A stretch of 64,000 bases of DNA. Source: an uncultured Gemmatimonadales bacterium. GTDB lineage: Bacteria > Gemmatimonadota > Gemmatimonadetes > Longimicrobiales > RSA9. The stretch is taken from positions 4,928,001-4,992,000 of the forward strand of contig OY970192.1 in the NCBI GenBank assembly GCA_963708135.1, in the 5' to 3' direction. The stretch's first letter is position 1. Every line of letters starts with the position of its first letter. Under the pieces are notes generated by a model. That model saw nothing but the letters and a program-made list of their open reading frames with translations. It did no database searches and had not been told where the DNA came from. Of this stretch, positions 19,549-30,400 are shown piece after piece. The translations under genes were made by a program, and so were the position numbers.

Positions 19549-22449
19549 TCACGGCGCGGAACCCCCCCGGCGTAGCGTGAGCACAACGGTGGGGTCCAGG
19601 GGGTAGCGTCCGAACCGTCGCCCGTAGATGGCGAGCCCTCCGGGGAGGGCATCCTCGACATCGAGTCGGACGACCAGCCCGCCCGCGGCCGCGGCGCGGA
19701 CCAACGCCTCGCGGGGAATCTCGACGCGCAGCAGCTCGCCGTAGGAGCCGGCCTCATGCAGGTGGCCGTCGTGCAGCTGGGCGTGCCAGGAGAGGATGCC
19801 GCGGTGGTCGGCGGCGTCGTTGGCGAGGAAGCGGCGGCCGGCGACGAGGCCGTTCACGCGCACCGTGACGGCGCTCGGGGAGCGCGAGCGGTCGGTCATC
19901 GGGTACGAGTTGGGGTTCAGCGTGGGGTCGAGGGTGCCCTTCCCGCGCATGAAGTCGCCGCGGATGCGGCCGGCGTCCGGGCGATCCTTGCCGAGCAGGC
20001 GCTTGGCGGAGACCTCCGCCAGGAAGCTGGCCGCGTCCAGGTCCTCGGGGCGGAGCCCCGCCGGCCAGGGTACGCGGTACTCGAAGAAGCCGGCGCCGGC
20101 CCCGTCCACCTTGAGCCCGTCCATCACCTTCCAGTGCCCGAGCGACCACGCCGCGGAGTCGAAGCTCGCGGGGTCGATCCGGATGAGCCGCGCGACGCGG
20201 CCGTCCGCGAGCGGCATGGCGGTCGGGAGCTCTCCCCCGACGTCGAACGTCGTGAAGTTGCGCTGGAGCACGTTGCCGACGGCGTCCTCGAGGCTGACCG
20301 CGAGCACGGCGACGGCGGGCTCGTCCGGCATCGGCACCGAGAGGGGCGCGAGGGGCGCGGAGAGCCAGGGACGGTAGGGAACCGCCCTCGTCGCCTGGAA
20401 CCATTGCTTGCGCTCGCCGAGCGCGTTCCAGCCGTACAGCTCGGCGTGCAGCCGGAGCGAGTCGCCCCAGGCGGTGCTGCCGGTCAGGAAGGACGCGTAG
20501 AGCGGCACATCGACGCGCTGCCCCGGCCGCACACCGCGGCAGAGCGAGTCGCCGACCACGAGGTAGAGCGGCGCGTGCAGGTCCCGGAGCGACATGCCGT
20601 CCACCAGCGCGCCGAGCCCGGTGTCCTTGGGGGAGCGGTCGAAGCGCCAGTAGCCGTTCCACTCGTTGATCACGTCGTGGAGCTCCGTGTAGAGCCAGCC
20701 GGCCACGCGCGGATGGCGGCGGAACGCGTTCAGGGCGCGGTGGTAGTCCCAGCTCCAGTCGACGTCGCCGGTGCTGCCCTCGTATCCCCAGACGTTGCCG
20801 AACTCGGCATTCAGGTCGGGCTGTGCCGCCTGGCGGTAGCCCGCCTCGAAGTTCCAGGGCGAGCCGGGGAAGGTGCTGTCGCTCACGGTGTCGAGCAGCG
20901 AGGCCCAGGCGTAGCCGGGCAGGTACATGTGCCAGGTGTTCAGGTCGGTCCCCGTGTGCCCGTGGCCGCAGCAGGGCGAGTTGTCGTCCACGAGCCGCGT
21001 GGGGTCGCGCGCCTTCGCGAGGTGGTAGACGGAGTCCACCCAGCGTTGCGTGCCGGGCAGGTAGCGCTCGTGGCCGGCCTGGTGGGTGAGCAGCCCCCAC
21101 GCCTCGTTGAAGGTGACCCAGGCGAAGATCGAGGGGTGGTCGTAGTCGCGCTCGATCATGGCCCGGAGCGTCGAGTCGACCTCGTGGCGCATGGCGGCGT
21201 CCGGCTCGCCCCACGAGTTGGGCACGTCCGCCATGAGGAGCAGCCCCAGCCGGTCGGCCCAGTAGAGCTTGCGCGGCGCCTCCACCTTCACGTGCTCGCG
21301 CAGCCCGGTCAGCCCGATCTGCCTGGCGCGCAGGATCTCCGCTTTCAACGCGCTGTCGCTCGGGAACGTGTAGAAGCCGGCCGGGTGGAACGCCTGGTCG
21401 AGCGCCATCTCGAGGTAGATCGGCCGGCCGTTCAGGGCGACGTAGCGGTTCGTCGTGCCGGGCACCGTCGCCACGGAGATGCTCCGCATCCCGAAGTAGG
21501 TGTCCACCACGTCGGGGACGAAGCCGGTCGTGTCGCCAGCGGCGGCGAGGGTGGCGGTGATCTCGTAGAGGAACGGGTCGTCGAGCGTCCACAGGTGCGG
21601 CTCGGGGATCTCTACGTCGAAGGCGACGCTGTCCACGCCCGCGCGCAGCCGCTTCGTCACTTCCGGGACCGTCACGTTCCGGAAGCGGAGGGTCAGCGCG
21701 AGCGGACGGGGTGCGGGGCCGAGCAGGCGCGCCGCGACGTGCACGTGCGGCCCGCCGCTGCCGGCCGGCGCCGCGCGGCCGAGGTCGGGCGAGAAGTGCA
21801 CCCAGCGCAGCGGCGCATCCCCGCGCGCGTCGAGGTACACCGTCTGCCAGATGCCGCGCGCGTTTCCGTACCCCTGCTTTCCCTCGAGCTTGAACGGCCG
21901 GGACGCATCGTCCACGCGCAGCACGAGGCGGTGCACCCCGCCGGCGGACCCGGCGGCGCCCGGTGAGCTGCGCGGGGGCGCCGTCGCCGGCAGCTCGAAT
22001 TCGAAGGGGGTGTAGCCGCCCTCGTGCGTGCCCAGCTCGTGCCCGTCCAGCCATGCGGTGGTACGCCAGTCGGACGCCCCGACCACGAGGAACACGCGCC
22101 TGCCACGCCAGGCCTCCGGAATGCGGATGTCCCGCGCGTACCAGCCGATGTAGGTCGTGTCGCCCACGCCCGATGCGGGGCTCGCCCACGAGAAGGGCAC
22201 CACGATGGTGTCGCCGCGCGGCGGCCCGGCGCGCGACCACCCCGCGGCGAGTCCGGTATCCTCCGGGTCCAGCCGGAAGTCCCATGTGCCGTTCAGGTTC
22301 AGCCAGGCGGGGCGCTGGAAGTCGGGGCGCGGGTGCTCCGGGAGCGGGATGGCGGGCTCCGGCGCCTGGGCGCGGGCGGGCGCGGCGGCGGCGAGCAGGA
22401 GGAGCAGGGCCGCGGCGCGGCGTGTCGGGGAGGCGAGGTCGTGAGGCAT
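19549..22449 (-). CDS. Glycoside hydrolase family 2, secreted
   Basis: PEHPRPDF, LNGTWDF, HEGGYTPF, GIWQTV, HPSI..W..FNE, AEFG; ATG at 22449. Confidence 0.88.
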   Translation of the reverse strand: MPHDLASPTRRAAALLLLLAAAAPARAQAPEPAIPLPEHPRPDFQRPAWLNLNGTWDFRLDPEDTGLAAGWSRAGPPRGDTIVVPFSWASPASGVGDTTYIGWYARDIRIPEAWRGRRVFLVVGASDWRTTAWLDGHELGTHEGGYTPFEFELPATAPPRSSPGAAGSAGGVHRLVLRVDDASRPFKLEGKQGYGNARGIWQTVYLDARGDAPLRWVHFSPDLGRAAPAGSGGPHVHVAARLLGPAPRPLALTLRFRNVTVPEVTKRLRAGVDSVAFDVEIPEPHLWTLDDPFLYEITATLAAAGDTTGFVPDVVDTYFGMRSISVATVPGTTNRYVALNGRPIYLEMALDQAFHPAGFYTFPSDSALKAEILRARQIGLTGLREHVKVEAPRKLYWADRLGLLLMADVPNSWGEPDAAMRHEVDSTLRAMIERDYDHPSIFAWVTFNEAWGLLTHQAGHERYLPGTQRWVDSVYHLAKARDPTRLVDDNSPCCGHGHTGTDLNTWHMYLPGYAWASLLDTVSDSTFPGSPWNFEAGYRQAAQPDLNAEFGNVWGYEGSTGDVDWSWDYHRALNAFRRHPRVAGWLYTELHDVINEWNGYWRFDRSPKDTGLGALVDGMSLRDLHAPLYLVVGDSLCRGVRPGQRVDVPLYASFLTGSTAWGDSLRLHAELYGWNALGERKQWFQATRAVPYRPWLSAPLAPLSVPMPDEPAVAVLAVSLEDAVGNVLQRNFTTFDVGGELPTAMPLADGRVARLIRIDPASFDSAAWSLGHWKVMDGLKVDGAGAGFFEYRVPWPAGLRPEDLDAASFLAEVSAKRLLGKDRPDAGRIRGDFMRGKGTLDPTLNPNSYPMTDRSRSPSAVTVRVNGLVAGRRFLANDAADHRGILSWHAQLHDGHLHEAGSYGELLRVEIPREALVRAAAAGGLVVRLDVEDALPGGLAIYGRRFGRYPLDPTVVLTLRRGGSAP

Positions 22450-22760
22450 GGCTGACGAAAGTCGGGCTCGGGGGCGGGATCTCGGTCGGTCGGACGCGCG
22501 GCGCATGGGGGAGAAGGTCGCCCGCACGCAACCGGCCGGCAAGCGGCGGTGCCCGGGCGCGCGTGTAAGGCGATGGGGCCGAGAGCCGGTCCACGCGGAG
22601 ACGCCGGCGAGCGGAGCCCGGCGAGCCGGTCACGACGGCAGCTGGCCGGCGACGTGGAGTCCGCGCCTCGCCGGAGAGGAGCTCCAGGTCGATCCTGCCT
22701 TCTCCGGCCTCCCTGCGTGCCGGCGTGGAACGATACGGATCCGTGCGCCTTGCGCTTGCG

Positions 22761-24206
22761 CTACCAGTCAATGCGGCCGCGCTTCAGCACGTGGACCACG
22801 CTCGTGGTGTTGCGGATGTCGGCGAGCGGGTCGCGGGCGAGGATGACGATGTCGGCGTCGCGGCCGGGGGCGAGGGTGCCCGTGCGGTCCTGGATGCCGA
22901 GGACGCGGGCGGCCACGGACGTGGCGGCCTCGAGCGCCTCCATCGGCGTGAGGCCGCCGCGCTCGACGAGCAGCGCGAGCTCGCGGTGGACGTTGGGGAG
23001 GTCGCCGGGCTGGTCGGCGCCGATGGTGTCGGTGCCGGCGGCGATGGCGACACCGAGCTCGTGGGCGCGTCGGGTGGCGGCCGCGGCCCAGAGGAAGCCG
23101 GCGGAGTCGCGGCCGAGGGACTGCACGTAAAGCGTCGGCTCGAGGATCGTGCCGCGCGCGGCCATGTCGTGGAACAGGTGGTCGAAGGCCGGATCCGCGA
23201 GCGAGACGTGCGCGTAGTCGGCATGGTAGCGGTGGGTGTAGTCGGGGATCGGGCGGGCGGCCTCCCAGACGAGCAGCGCGGCATGGGAAAGGACGTCGAT
23301 GCCGGCGTCCACGCAATCGGACGGGCGGGCGGGGAAGAGGGTGGCGTGGCTCCACACCCTGAGCCCCTGGCGATGCGCCTCCGCGACGAGAGGCGTGAGC
23401 GGCGCCGCTGCGACGGCGGCGTAGACCTTGATCCCGGTGGCGCCGGTCCCTTTCGCCTCCGCGATGGCGAGCGGCCAGTTGGTCCTGTCCGTGACCGCCC
23501 GCGCCCACGGCGCCTGCCCGGGCGGCACGCCGCGCGCCGCGGCCAGCACGCGCGGGTCCTTGAAGAAGTCGGGGCCGGCGAACAGGGCCGAGTAGTGGAT
23601 GTCGGGCGAGGCGATCTCGCCGAGCTCCGCCGCGCGCGCGAGGCCTGCGAGCACGCGGGCGTCGCCGGCCATGTCGCGCACCGTGGTGACCCCGCCGAGG
23701 ATGGCGTTCCGGAGCCGCCGCGCGTTCACGTCCCACGTGTCGGTGCCGCTGGGGTCGGTGGCCAGGTGGACGTGGGTGTCGATGAGCCCCGGGATGGCGT
23801 AGCGGCCGGCCAGCTCCAGCCGCTCGGCGCCGGCCGGCAGCGGCCGCGCGCCGTCGGCGAACACGGCGGCGACGCGCCCGTCCTCGATGAGAATCGTGGT
23901 GCCGGGCCGCGCCGGCGCGCCGGTGCCGTCGATCACGGTGAGGCCCGTGAGCGCGAGCGGCGCGCCGCCGGGCGTGCCCGTGCGCGCGGAGCCCGTGCCG
24001 GCTGGCTCCTGTGCACGCAGGTGACCGGGAGCGCACAGCGTGGCGCCGGCCAGCAGCAGGGCGCCGAGCGCGGCATGGATCCCGCCATGCGACGCGGCCT
24101 GAATCCCTGGAGGGCGAGCGGTGCCGGGGGAGGTCGATGGGCGGGCCGCGACGGCGGCTCTCGCAGCGGGACGGGAGCGTAGCTCTGGCGTGAAGCCGGA
24201 CGGCAC
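22761..24206 (-). CDS. Amidohydrolase family protein, secreted
   Basis: PGLIDTHVH, GVTTVRD, AAGTD, GTLAPGRDADIV; GTG at 24206 preceded by AGGAGG. Confidence 0.85.
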   Translation of the reverse strand: MPSGFTPELRSRPAARAAVAARPSTSPGTARPPGIQAASHGGIHAALGALLLAGATLCAPGHLRAQEPAGTGSARTGTPGGAPLALTGLTVIDGTGAPARPGTTILIEDGRVAAVFADGARPLPAGAERLELAGRYAIPGLIDTHVHLATDPSGTDTWDVNARRLRNAILGGVTTVRDMAGDARVLAGLARAAELGEIASPDIHYSALFAGPDFFKDPRVLAAARGVPPGQAPWARAVTDRTNWPLAIAEAKGTGATGIKVYAAVAAAPLTPLVAEAHRQGLRVWSHATLFPARPSDCVDAGIDVLSHAALLVWEAARPIPDYTHRYHADYAHVSLADPAFDHLFHDMAARGTILEPTLYVQSLGRDSAGFLWAAAATRRAHELGVAIAAGTDTIGADQPGDLPNVHRELALLVERGGLTPMEALEAATSVAARVLGIQDRTGTLAPGRDADIVILARDPLADIRNTTSVVHVLKRGRIDW

Positions 24207-24450
24207 GTCTGTCCTCCTGCGGTCGGTCTGTCGAGGGGTGCGGGAGCGCCACAAGCTACGGCACCCGAAGGGGCGGAGCAAAGCGTCACGCGGGCGGGCG
24301 GGCGAGGGGGCATCGGGCCGCGGCGCCAGCGTACGGATCGGGGCTTGCCGCGTGTACCGGAAACCGCGTACTTTTCGTCATATTCCTGCCGTACGGCCGC
24401 CAACGGCGGCTGCCGCCGGTGGTCGAACCACCTCAATTGGATATCCCTCG

Positions 24451-24855
24451 ATGGAGTCGGCGCACCCACAGTCCGGCCGCAGTGCGGTCATCCTGGTCGT
24501 GGACCGGGACCCGAACGTGCGTGAGCTGGAGGCGTACTTCCTCCGCGAGGCGGGGTTCGCGGTGGAGTTCGCGGACGACGGGCGCTCGGCGCTGGAGCTG
24601 GTGCGCGAGCTGCGCCCGGCGATGGTGATCACGGAGATCCTCGTGCCGGGGGTGGATGGTCTGGCCGTGTGCCGGCGGATCAAGGAGGACCCGGAGCTGA
24701 GCGAGACGCGGGTCCTGATCTTCAGCATCCTGGCGGCGTCCGGGCGCGCGCGGGAAGCGGGCGCGGACGCCTTCCTGTTGAAGCCTCTGGCCGAGCGTTC
24801 GCTGCTGGGGACGGTGCGCGCGCTGCTCGAACCGAGCGAGGAGCGGAGCGTATGA
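24451..24855 (+). CDS. Stand-alone receiver domain with atypical phosphoacceptor (Glu)
   Basis: ILVVDRD, VITEILVPGVDG (E at the Asp site), GADAFLLKP. Confidence 0.85.
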   Translation: MESAHPQSGRSAVILVVDRDPNVRELEAYFLREAGFAVEFADDGRSALELVRELRPAMVITEILVPGVDGLAVCRRIKEDPELSETRVLIFSILAASGRAREAGADAFLLKPLAERSLLGTVRALLEPSEERSV

Positions 24856-26276
24856 GCGAGCCGCTGGTGGTGGGGGCCGGTGCCCACCGGGTCGGCACGG
24901 GCAACCCGGAGCTGGACGAGGTTCTGCGCGGCGGGTTCCCGGTGGGCTCGATCAACGTGATCATGGGGCATCCGGGCACGGGCAAGACGGTGCTGGCGGA
25001 GCAGATGCTGTTCGCGAACGCGGTCGGCCCGCGGCCGGGCGTGTACCTGACGACGCTGTCGGAGCCGTTCGCGAAGGTGGTCTCGCATCTGCAGACCTTC
25101 ACGTTCTACGACGAGGAGCGGATGCTCTCGTCGGTGGTGTACGAGGATGTGGGCTCCGGCATCCTCGAGGGCGGCCCCGCGTTCGTGCTGGAGCGGGTGG
25201 GGCAGCTGATCCGGGAGCGGCAGCCGCGGATCCTGGTGATCGACTCGTTCAAGGCGCTGCACGACCTGGCGGAGTCGCAGCAGTCGATGCGGCGGATGGT
25301 GTCCGAGCTGGCGGGGCTCCTCTCGGCCTACTCGGTCACGACGTTCCTCGTGGGCGAGTACTCCGAGGCGGAACTGGTGGAGTACCCGGAGTTCGCGGTG
25401 GCGGATGGCATCATCCAGCTGGTGCGGCACCCGTCAGGTAGGCGCGACGAGCGCTACCTGCGCGTGCTGAAGCTGCGGGGCAGCGCGTACCGGGAGGGGC
25501 TGCACGCCTTCCGGATCGGGGCGGCGGGGATCCGGGCGTTTCCGCGCAGCGTGACGCCGCGCGTGCCCACCGAATACATCGCGATGGACACGCGGGTCTC
25601 GACGGGGGTGGCGGGGCTCGACCGGATGCTGGGCGGGGGCCTCTGGGCGGGGAGCGCCACGCTGGTCACGGGGTCGGTCGGCAGCGGGAAGACGACGCTC
25701 GCGCTCACCTTCGCGATGGCGGGGCTGCGGCAGGGGGAGCCGAGCCTCTTCGTCAACTTCCAGGAGAATCCGACGCAGCTGGCGCGCGCGATCGCGGCGC
25801 TCGGCCTGGATCCATCGGAGCTGGAGGGGCGCGGGCTGCACCTGCTCTACTCCTCGCCCGTCGAGATGCAGATCGACGCGATCATGGTGGAGATCTACCG
25901 GCACGTCCGCGCCGGCCTCATCCGCCGCGTGGCGATCGATGGGCTGGGCGACCTGGCGCTCGCGGCATCGGACCGCGAGCGGTTCCACGACTATGTCTAC
26001 ACGCTGGTGCAGCACCTGGCGGCGGCTCGGATCACGTCCGCGATGACACTCGAGGTCGGCTCGGGGCTCCCGTCGAACACTGCGCGCGACGCGGAGCGCT
26101 TCAGCTCGCTCTCGGATGCGATCATCGCGCTCGAGATCGACTGGAGGCGCGAGCCGCCGCGGCGGACGCTGCGCATCGTGAAGGCACGCGGGATGCCGCA
26201 CCCGCTCGCGGCCGTCCCGATCCAGATCGAGCGCACGGGGATCCGGGTGCTCGAGGAAGAGGTGTCGAATGGCTGA
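24852..26276 (+). CDS. KaiC/RAD55-like double-domain ATPase
   Basis: Two RecA-type domains: Walker A GHPGTGKT and GSVGSGKT, Walker B VIDS and AIDG, KLRG and KARG fingers; ATGA overlap with the receiver gene. Confidence 0.9.
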   Translation: MSEPLVVGAGAHRVGTGNPELDEVLRGGFPVGSINVIMGHPGTGKTVLAEQMLFANAVGPRPGVYLTTLSEPFAKVVSHLQTFTFYDEERMLSSVVYEDVGSGILEGGPAFVLERVGQLIRERQPRILVIDSFKALHDLAESQQSMRRMVSELAGLLSAYSVTTFLVGEYSEAELVEYPEFAVADGIIQLVRHPSGRRDERYLRVLKLRGSAYREGLHAFRIGAAGIRAFPRSVTPRVPTEYIAMDTRVSTGVAGLDRMLGGGLWAGSATLVTGSVGSGKTTLALTFAMAGLRQGEPSLFVNFQENPTQLARAIAALGLDPSELEGRGLHLLYSSPVEMQIDAIMVEIYRHVRAGLIRRVAIDGLGDLALAASDRERFHDYVYTLVQHLAAARITSAMTLEVGSGLPSNTARDAERFSSLSDAIIALEIDWRREPPRRTLRIVKARGMPHPLAAVPIQIERTGIRVLEEEVSNG

Positions 26277-27487
26277 GCAGACGAGGGACCGGCGGCCGGC
26301 GCTGAGCCGGCTCACGGCGGTGAGTCGGGCGCTGACCTACGCGGCGTCGCTCGAGGAGGTGCTGGACATCAGCGTGGAGAGCGCGGTCGAAATGCTCGGG
26401 GCGCACGCCGCGCTGCTTCTGCTGACCGATGCCGATGGGCTGCTCCGGATCGCCGCCTCGCGGGGGCTGGCGCCCTCCGTTGCGGAGCGGTTCCACGAGC
26501 CGCTGGACGAGCGGCTGGCGGGGCGGCTCGCGAGCGCGCTGGGCGCGGACTCGCCGGCGCTGTTCCTGGGCGTGCCGCTGGTCGTGCGTGGCGCGGTCAC
26601 GGGGCTGCTCGCGGTGCTGCGCGCGGAGGCGGGACCGATCAGCGAGAGCGACGAATGGCTGCTCTCCGCGCTGGCCGACCAGGCCTCCGTGGCGCTCGAG
26701 AGCGCGCGCGACCAGGAGGCGCGGGTGCGGCTCGAGCGGAGGGTGAACGAGCTCGAGCAGCTGTCGAGCGCGCGCGAGGAAGCGCTCCGGATGGTCGGCC
26801 ACGACCTGCGCTCGCCGCTCTCCGCGATGCTCGGCTACATCCGAGATGCTCTCGGCACGAGTCTTCGGCCCGCTGACGGAGGCGCAGGCGGAGCGGCTCG
26901 GGCGGGTGGAGTCGATCGGTCGCCATCTGGCGGCGCTGCTGGACATGGTGCGGGACATGGGCCGCCTGGCGGCGGGCGAGCTTGAGCTGCAGGTGGCACC
27001 GGTCCGGCTCGAGCCGATCGTCGCGGAGGCCGTCGAGATCGTGGCGCTGGAGGCCCGGGAGGCGGGGGTGGACATCCGCGCCGTGACCGCTGGCGAGATC
27101 GTCGTGCGCGCGAGCCGCGACCGCCTCCGGCAGGTGCTCGTGCATCTGCTGGACAACGCCATCAAGTACAGCGCCATGGGGACGCAGGTGTCGGTTCTCG
27201 CGGCGGCGGAGGACGCGCAATCGCCGCGGTGGGTGGAGATCCGCGTCACCGACGACGGCCCTGGCATTCCGGCGGACCAGCTCGAGACGGTGTTCGAGCC
27301 GTACCGGCGGCTTCCGGGCACCGCGACGCTCAAGCCCGGCGTGGGGCTGGGGCTCTCCCTCGGCCGCGCGCTCGTCGAGCTGATGGGCGGGACCCTGATC
27401 GCGGAATCGGCCGAGAGGGGGGCGAGCTTCCTCGTCCGGCTGCCGCGGGCGGGGCCGCGCGAGCCGAAGGATTCGGCCGAGCTCTGA
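26269..27487 (+). pseudogene. GAF-sensor histidine kinase split by a 1-nt insertion (real or sequencing error)
   Basis: GAF domain, H-box GHDLRSPL, then an extra C at 26841-26842. Removing it gives LGYIEMLSARVFGPL continuing to LLDNAIKY, DDGPGI, GVGLGL (405 aa). Confidence 0.85.
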
Positions 27488-27498
27488 ACAGCCGAGCG

Positions 27499-30400
27499 CT
27501 ACCTCGACCTCAACTCCTTCCAGCGCGCCTTCACGGCCTCGAGCTTCTCCCCATAATCGTGGTACACGGCACGCTGCCCCCGGGTGGGGGCGGCGTCGGC
27601 GCTCTCCACGGCCGTGAAGAGGCTGGCCAGCACGCCATCGATCTCCTGCAGGCCCCCGGTGCCGGAGCGCAGGTCGGCGAAGCGGCCGGCGACGTCGGGG
27701 CCCGCCGTCGCTTTCTTCTGCTGGAGCAAGGCGCCGATGGCGCTGTCGGCGGCGGCGGCGGCGCGCAGCGAGGCGGCGATGCTGTCGGCGAGGGCGAGCT
27801 GGCTCTCGAGGGCGCCGGCGGGCGGGTGCACGCGCGGGTCGAGCGTGACGGTGAGCGGCTGGGTCAGCGTGCTTCCGGCGGCCTCGAGCGTGACGGTGTA
27901 GCGGCCGGGCAGCACGAGGGCGCCCTCGGGGAGGAGCGGCGTGTGCTCGGGCCAGACGGCGGCGATCGAGTGCTCGTAGTGGAGCGCGGGCGGGCGCGGC
28001 CCGCGCAGGTCCCAGACGTAGCGGTGCATTCCGGCCGCGGTGGACAGGCGCTGCGGCGCGCCGAGCCAGTCCTTCGTGAAGTAGCGTTCGGCGGGCAGCT
28101 CGGGCGGCGGCTCGTCGCTCGAGAAGCGGCGCACGAGCGCGCCCGCGGCGTCCTTCACGGCGAGCGTCACGGCGCCGCTCGTCGAATCGGCCAGCCAGTA
28201 GTCGATCACGGCGCCCGTCGGCGGGTTCTCCCCGAGGGGTGTCGAGGGCGGCCAGGGGGTGTCGCGGTTCTCGTCGGCGCGCAGGCGGATGGCGGTGTCG
28301 GGGCGGAACAGGTAGGCGGGTGCCGCGGCCACGTCGGCGCCGGCCTGGCGGAGCGGGCTCACGTCGTCGAGCACCCAGAGGCCGCGGCCGTTCGTGGCGG
28401 CGATGAGGTCGCCGTCGTGGACGAGCAGGTCGCGGACCTGCACGGTGGGCAGGTTCAGCGCGAGCGACTGCCAGTGCGCGCCGTCGTCGAAGGAGACGTA
28501 GACGCGGCGGCGGGTGCCCGCGTAGAGGAGCCCCGGCTTCACGGGGTCCGCGCGGACCGTCATGACGTAGTCGTCGGCGTGGATCCTGTCCGTGATCCTG
28601 GTCCAGGTCTTCCCGAAGTCCCCCGTCCGGAGGACGAGCGGCGCGTCGTTGCCGATGCGGTGCATGTCGACCACGGCGTAGGCCGTGCCATCCGTGAAAC
28701 GCGACGGCGAGATCGCGTCGATCCGGCCCCACGCCGGCACCGCGGGCGGCGTCACGTTCGTCCAGTGCGCGCCGCCGTCCCTGGTCAGCTGGATCAGCCC
28801 GTCGTCCGTGCCGACCCAGATCTCGTCCGCCTGCAGCGGTGAGGGCGCGATGGTGTAGATGACGCCGAACCCGCAGCGCACCGCCTCTGCGGGCGATGGA
28901 TCCTGGCAGGGGGGCGCGGCGCGGCGGCTCTCCCTCGCGTCCGCCTTCGCAACAGCAGGGTCGCTCGGTGGAGCCGCCGCGCCGCGACCCCCGCCAGGGG
29001 CGGCGCCGGTGAGGTCGGGGCTGATGGTGCGCCACGTGTCGCCGTCGTCATCCGAGCGGAACAGGACCTGGGCGCCGAAGAACATCGGGTGCGGCGGCAG
29101 CGGCGAGAACTCGAGCGGCGTGATCCAGGTGTAGCGGTACTTCACGGTGGTGGGCCGCGCGCCGTAGGTGGAGACGGGCCAGGGCGAGGCCTCGGCGACC
29201 TGGCGGGTGGTCTCGTCGAAGCGCGAGAGGTGGCCGCCGAGGCCGCTGCCGAAGACGGTGTCCGGCGCGCCCGGCTTCGGCACCATGTAGTCGCGCTCGT
29301 CGCCGCCGACGGGGTGCCAGTCGCGCAGCTCGATCACGCCGTAGGGGCCGCGGCTGAGGATGCCCACGGTGCCGTTGTCCTGCTGGCCGCTGTAGATGCG
29401 GTAGGGGAAGCGGTCGTCGGCGGCCACGTGGTAGAACTGGCCGGTGGGCTGGTTGTACCAGCTCGACCACATGCGGCCGCCGTCCACCGTGACGGCCGCG
29501 CCCTGGTCGGCGCCGGTGACCATGTGGGAGGGATCGGCCGGGTCGATCCAGAGGAAGTGGTAGTCGTCCCCGCCGGGCGCGCCCTTGACGATGGTGATGG
29601 TGCGCCCGCCGTCAGTCGAGCGGCGGATCGACTGGCCCATGACGTAGACGGTGTTCGGGTCGTCGGGCGCCACGGTAACGCGCCCGAAGTAGTCGCTGGC
29701 CAGGGCGGCGTCGGCGTTCACACGCGTCCAGTGCGCGCCGCCATCGCCGGAGCGGTAGAGCCCGGATGCGTCGCCGGAGGCGACGATGCTGGCGTAGACG
29801 ACGTCGCCCGACACGGCGATGCCGATGCGGCCGAGCGGGCCAGGCGGCAGCCCGCCGCCGGAGAGGCGGGACCAGTGCGCGCCGCCGTCGGTGCTCTTCC
29901 AGATGCCGGAGCCGGGGCCGATGCGCGGCTGGAAGTAGTCCAGCCACGGGTGCATCTGCGTCTGCCAGGTGGCCGCGTAGACGACGCCGGGGTGCGCATC
30001 GTCCCGCGCCAGGTCCACAGCGCCCGTGCGGTCGTTCTCCGGCGCGAGCACCCGCGTCCAGCGCGCGCCGCCGTCGGTGGTGAGGTAGACGCCGCGGTCG
30101 CGGCTCGCGGCGAAGTAGGGCCCCAGGGCGGCCACGAGGACACGGTCGGGGTCGTGCGGGTCCACGAGGATGCGGCCGATGTGGCGCGACTCGCGAAGGC
30201 CGGTGTTCCTCCACGTCTCGCCGCCATCGGCGGAGCGGTACACGCCGTCCCCCTCGAGCACGTCGTAGCGCGCGGCCACCTGGCCGGTGCCGACGTAGAG
30301 CACGCTCGCATCCGAGGATGCGACGGCGAGCGCGCCCACGGACGCCGCGCTCTCGTGCTGCATGAGCGGCCGCCATGTGCGGCCCGCGTCGTCCGTCCGC

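Noticed and set aside
24852..26276. Bona fide circadian kaiC
   Set aside because: No kaiA or kaiB nearby, the catalytic EE pairs are SE and QE, and the C-terminal tail is short; called KaiC-like only.
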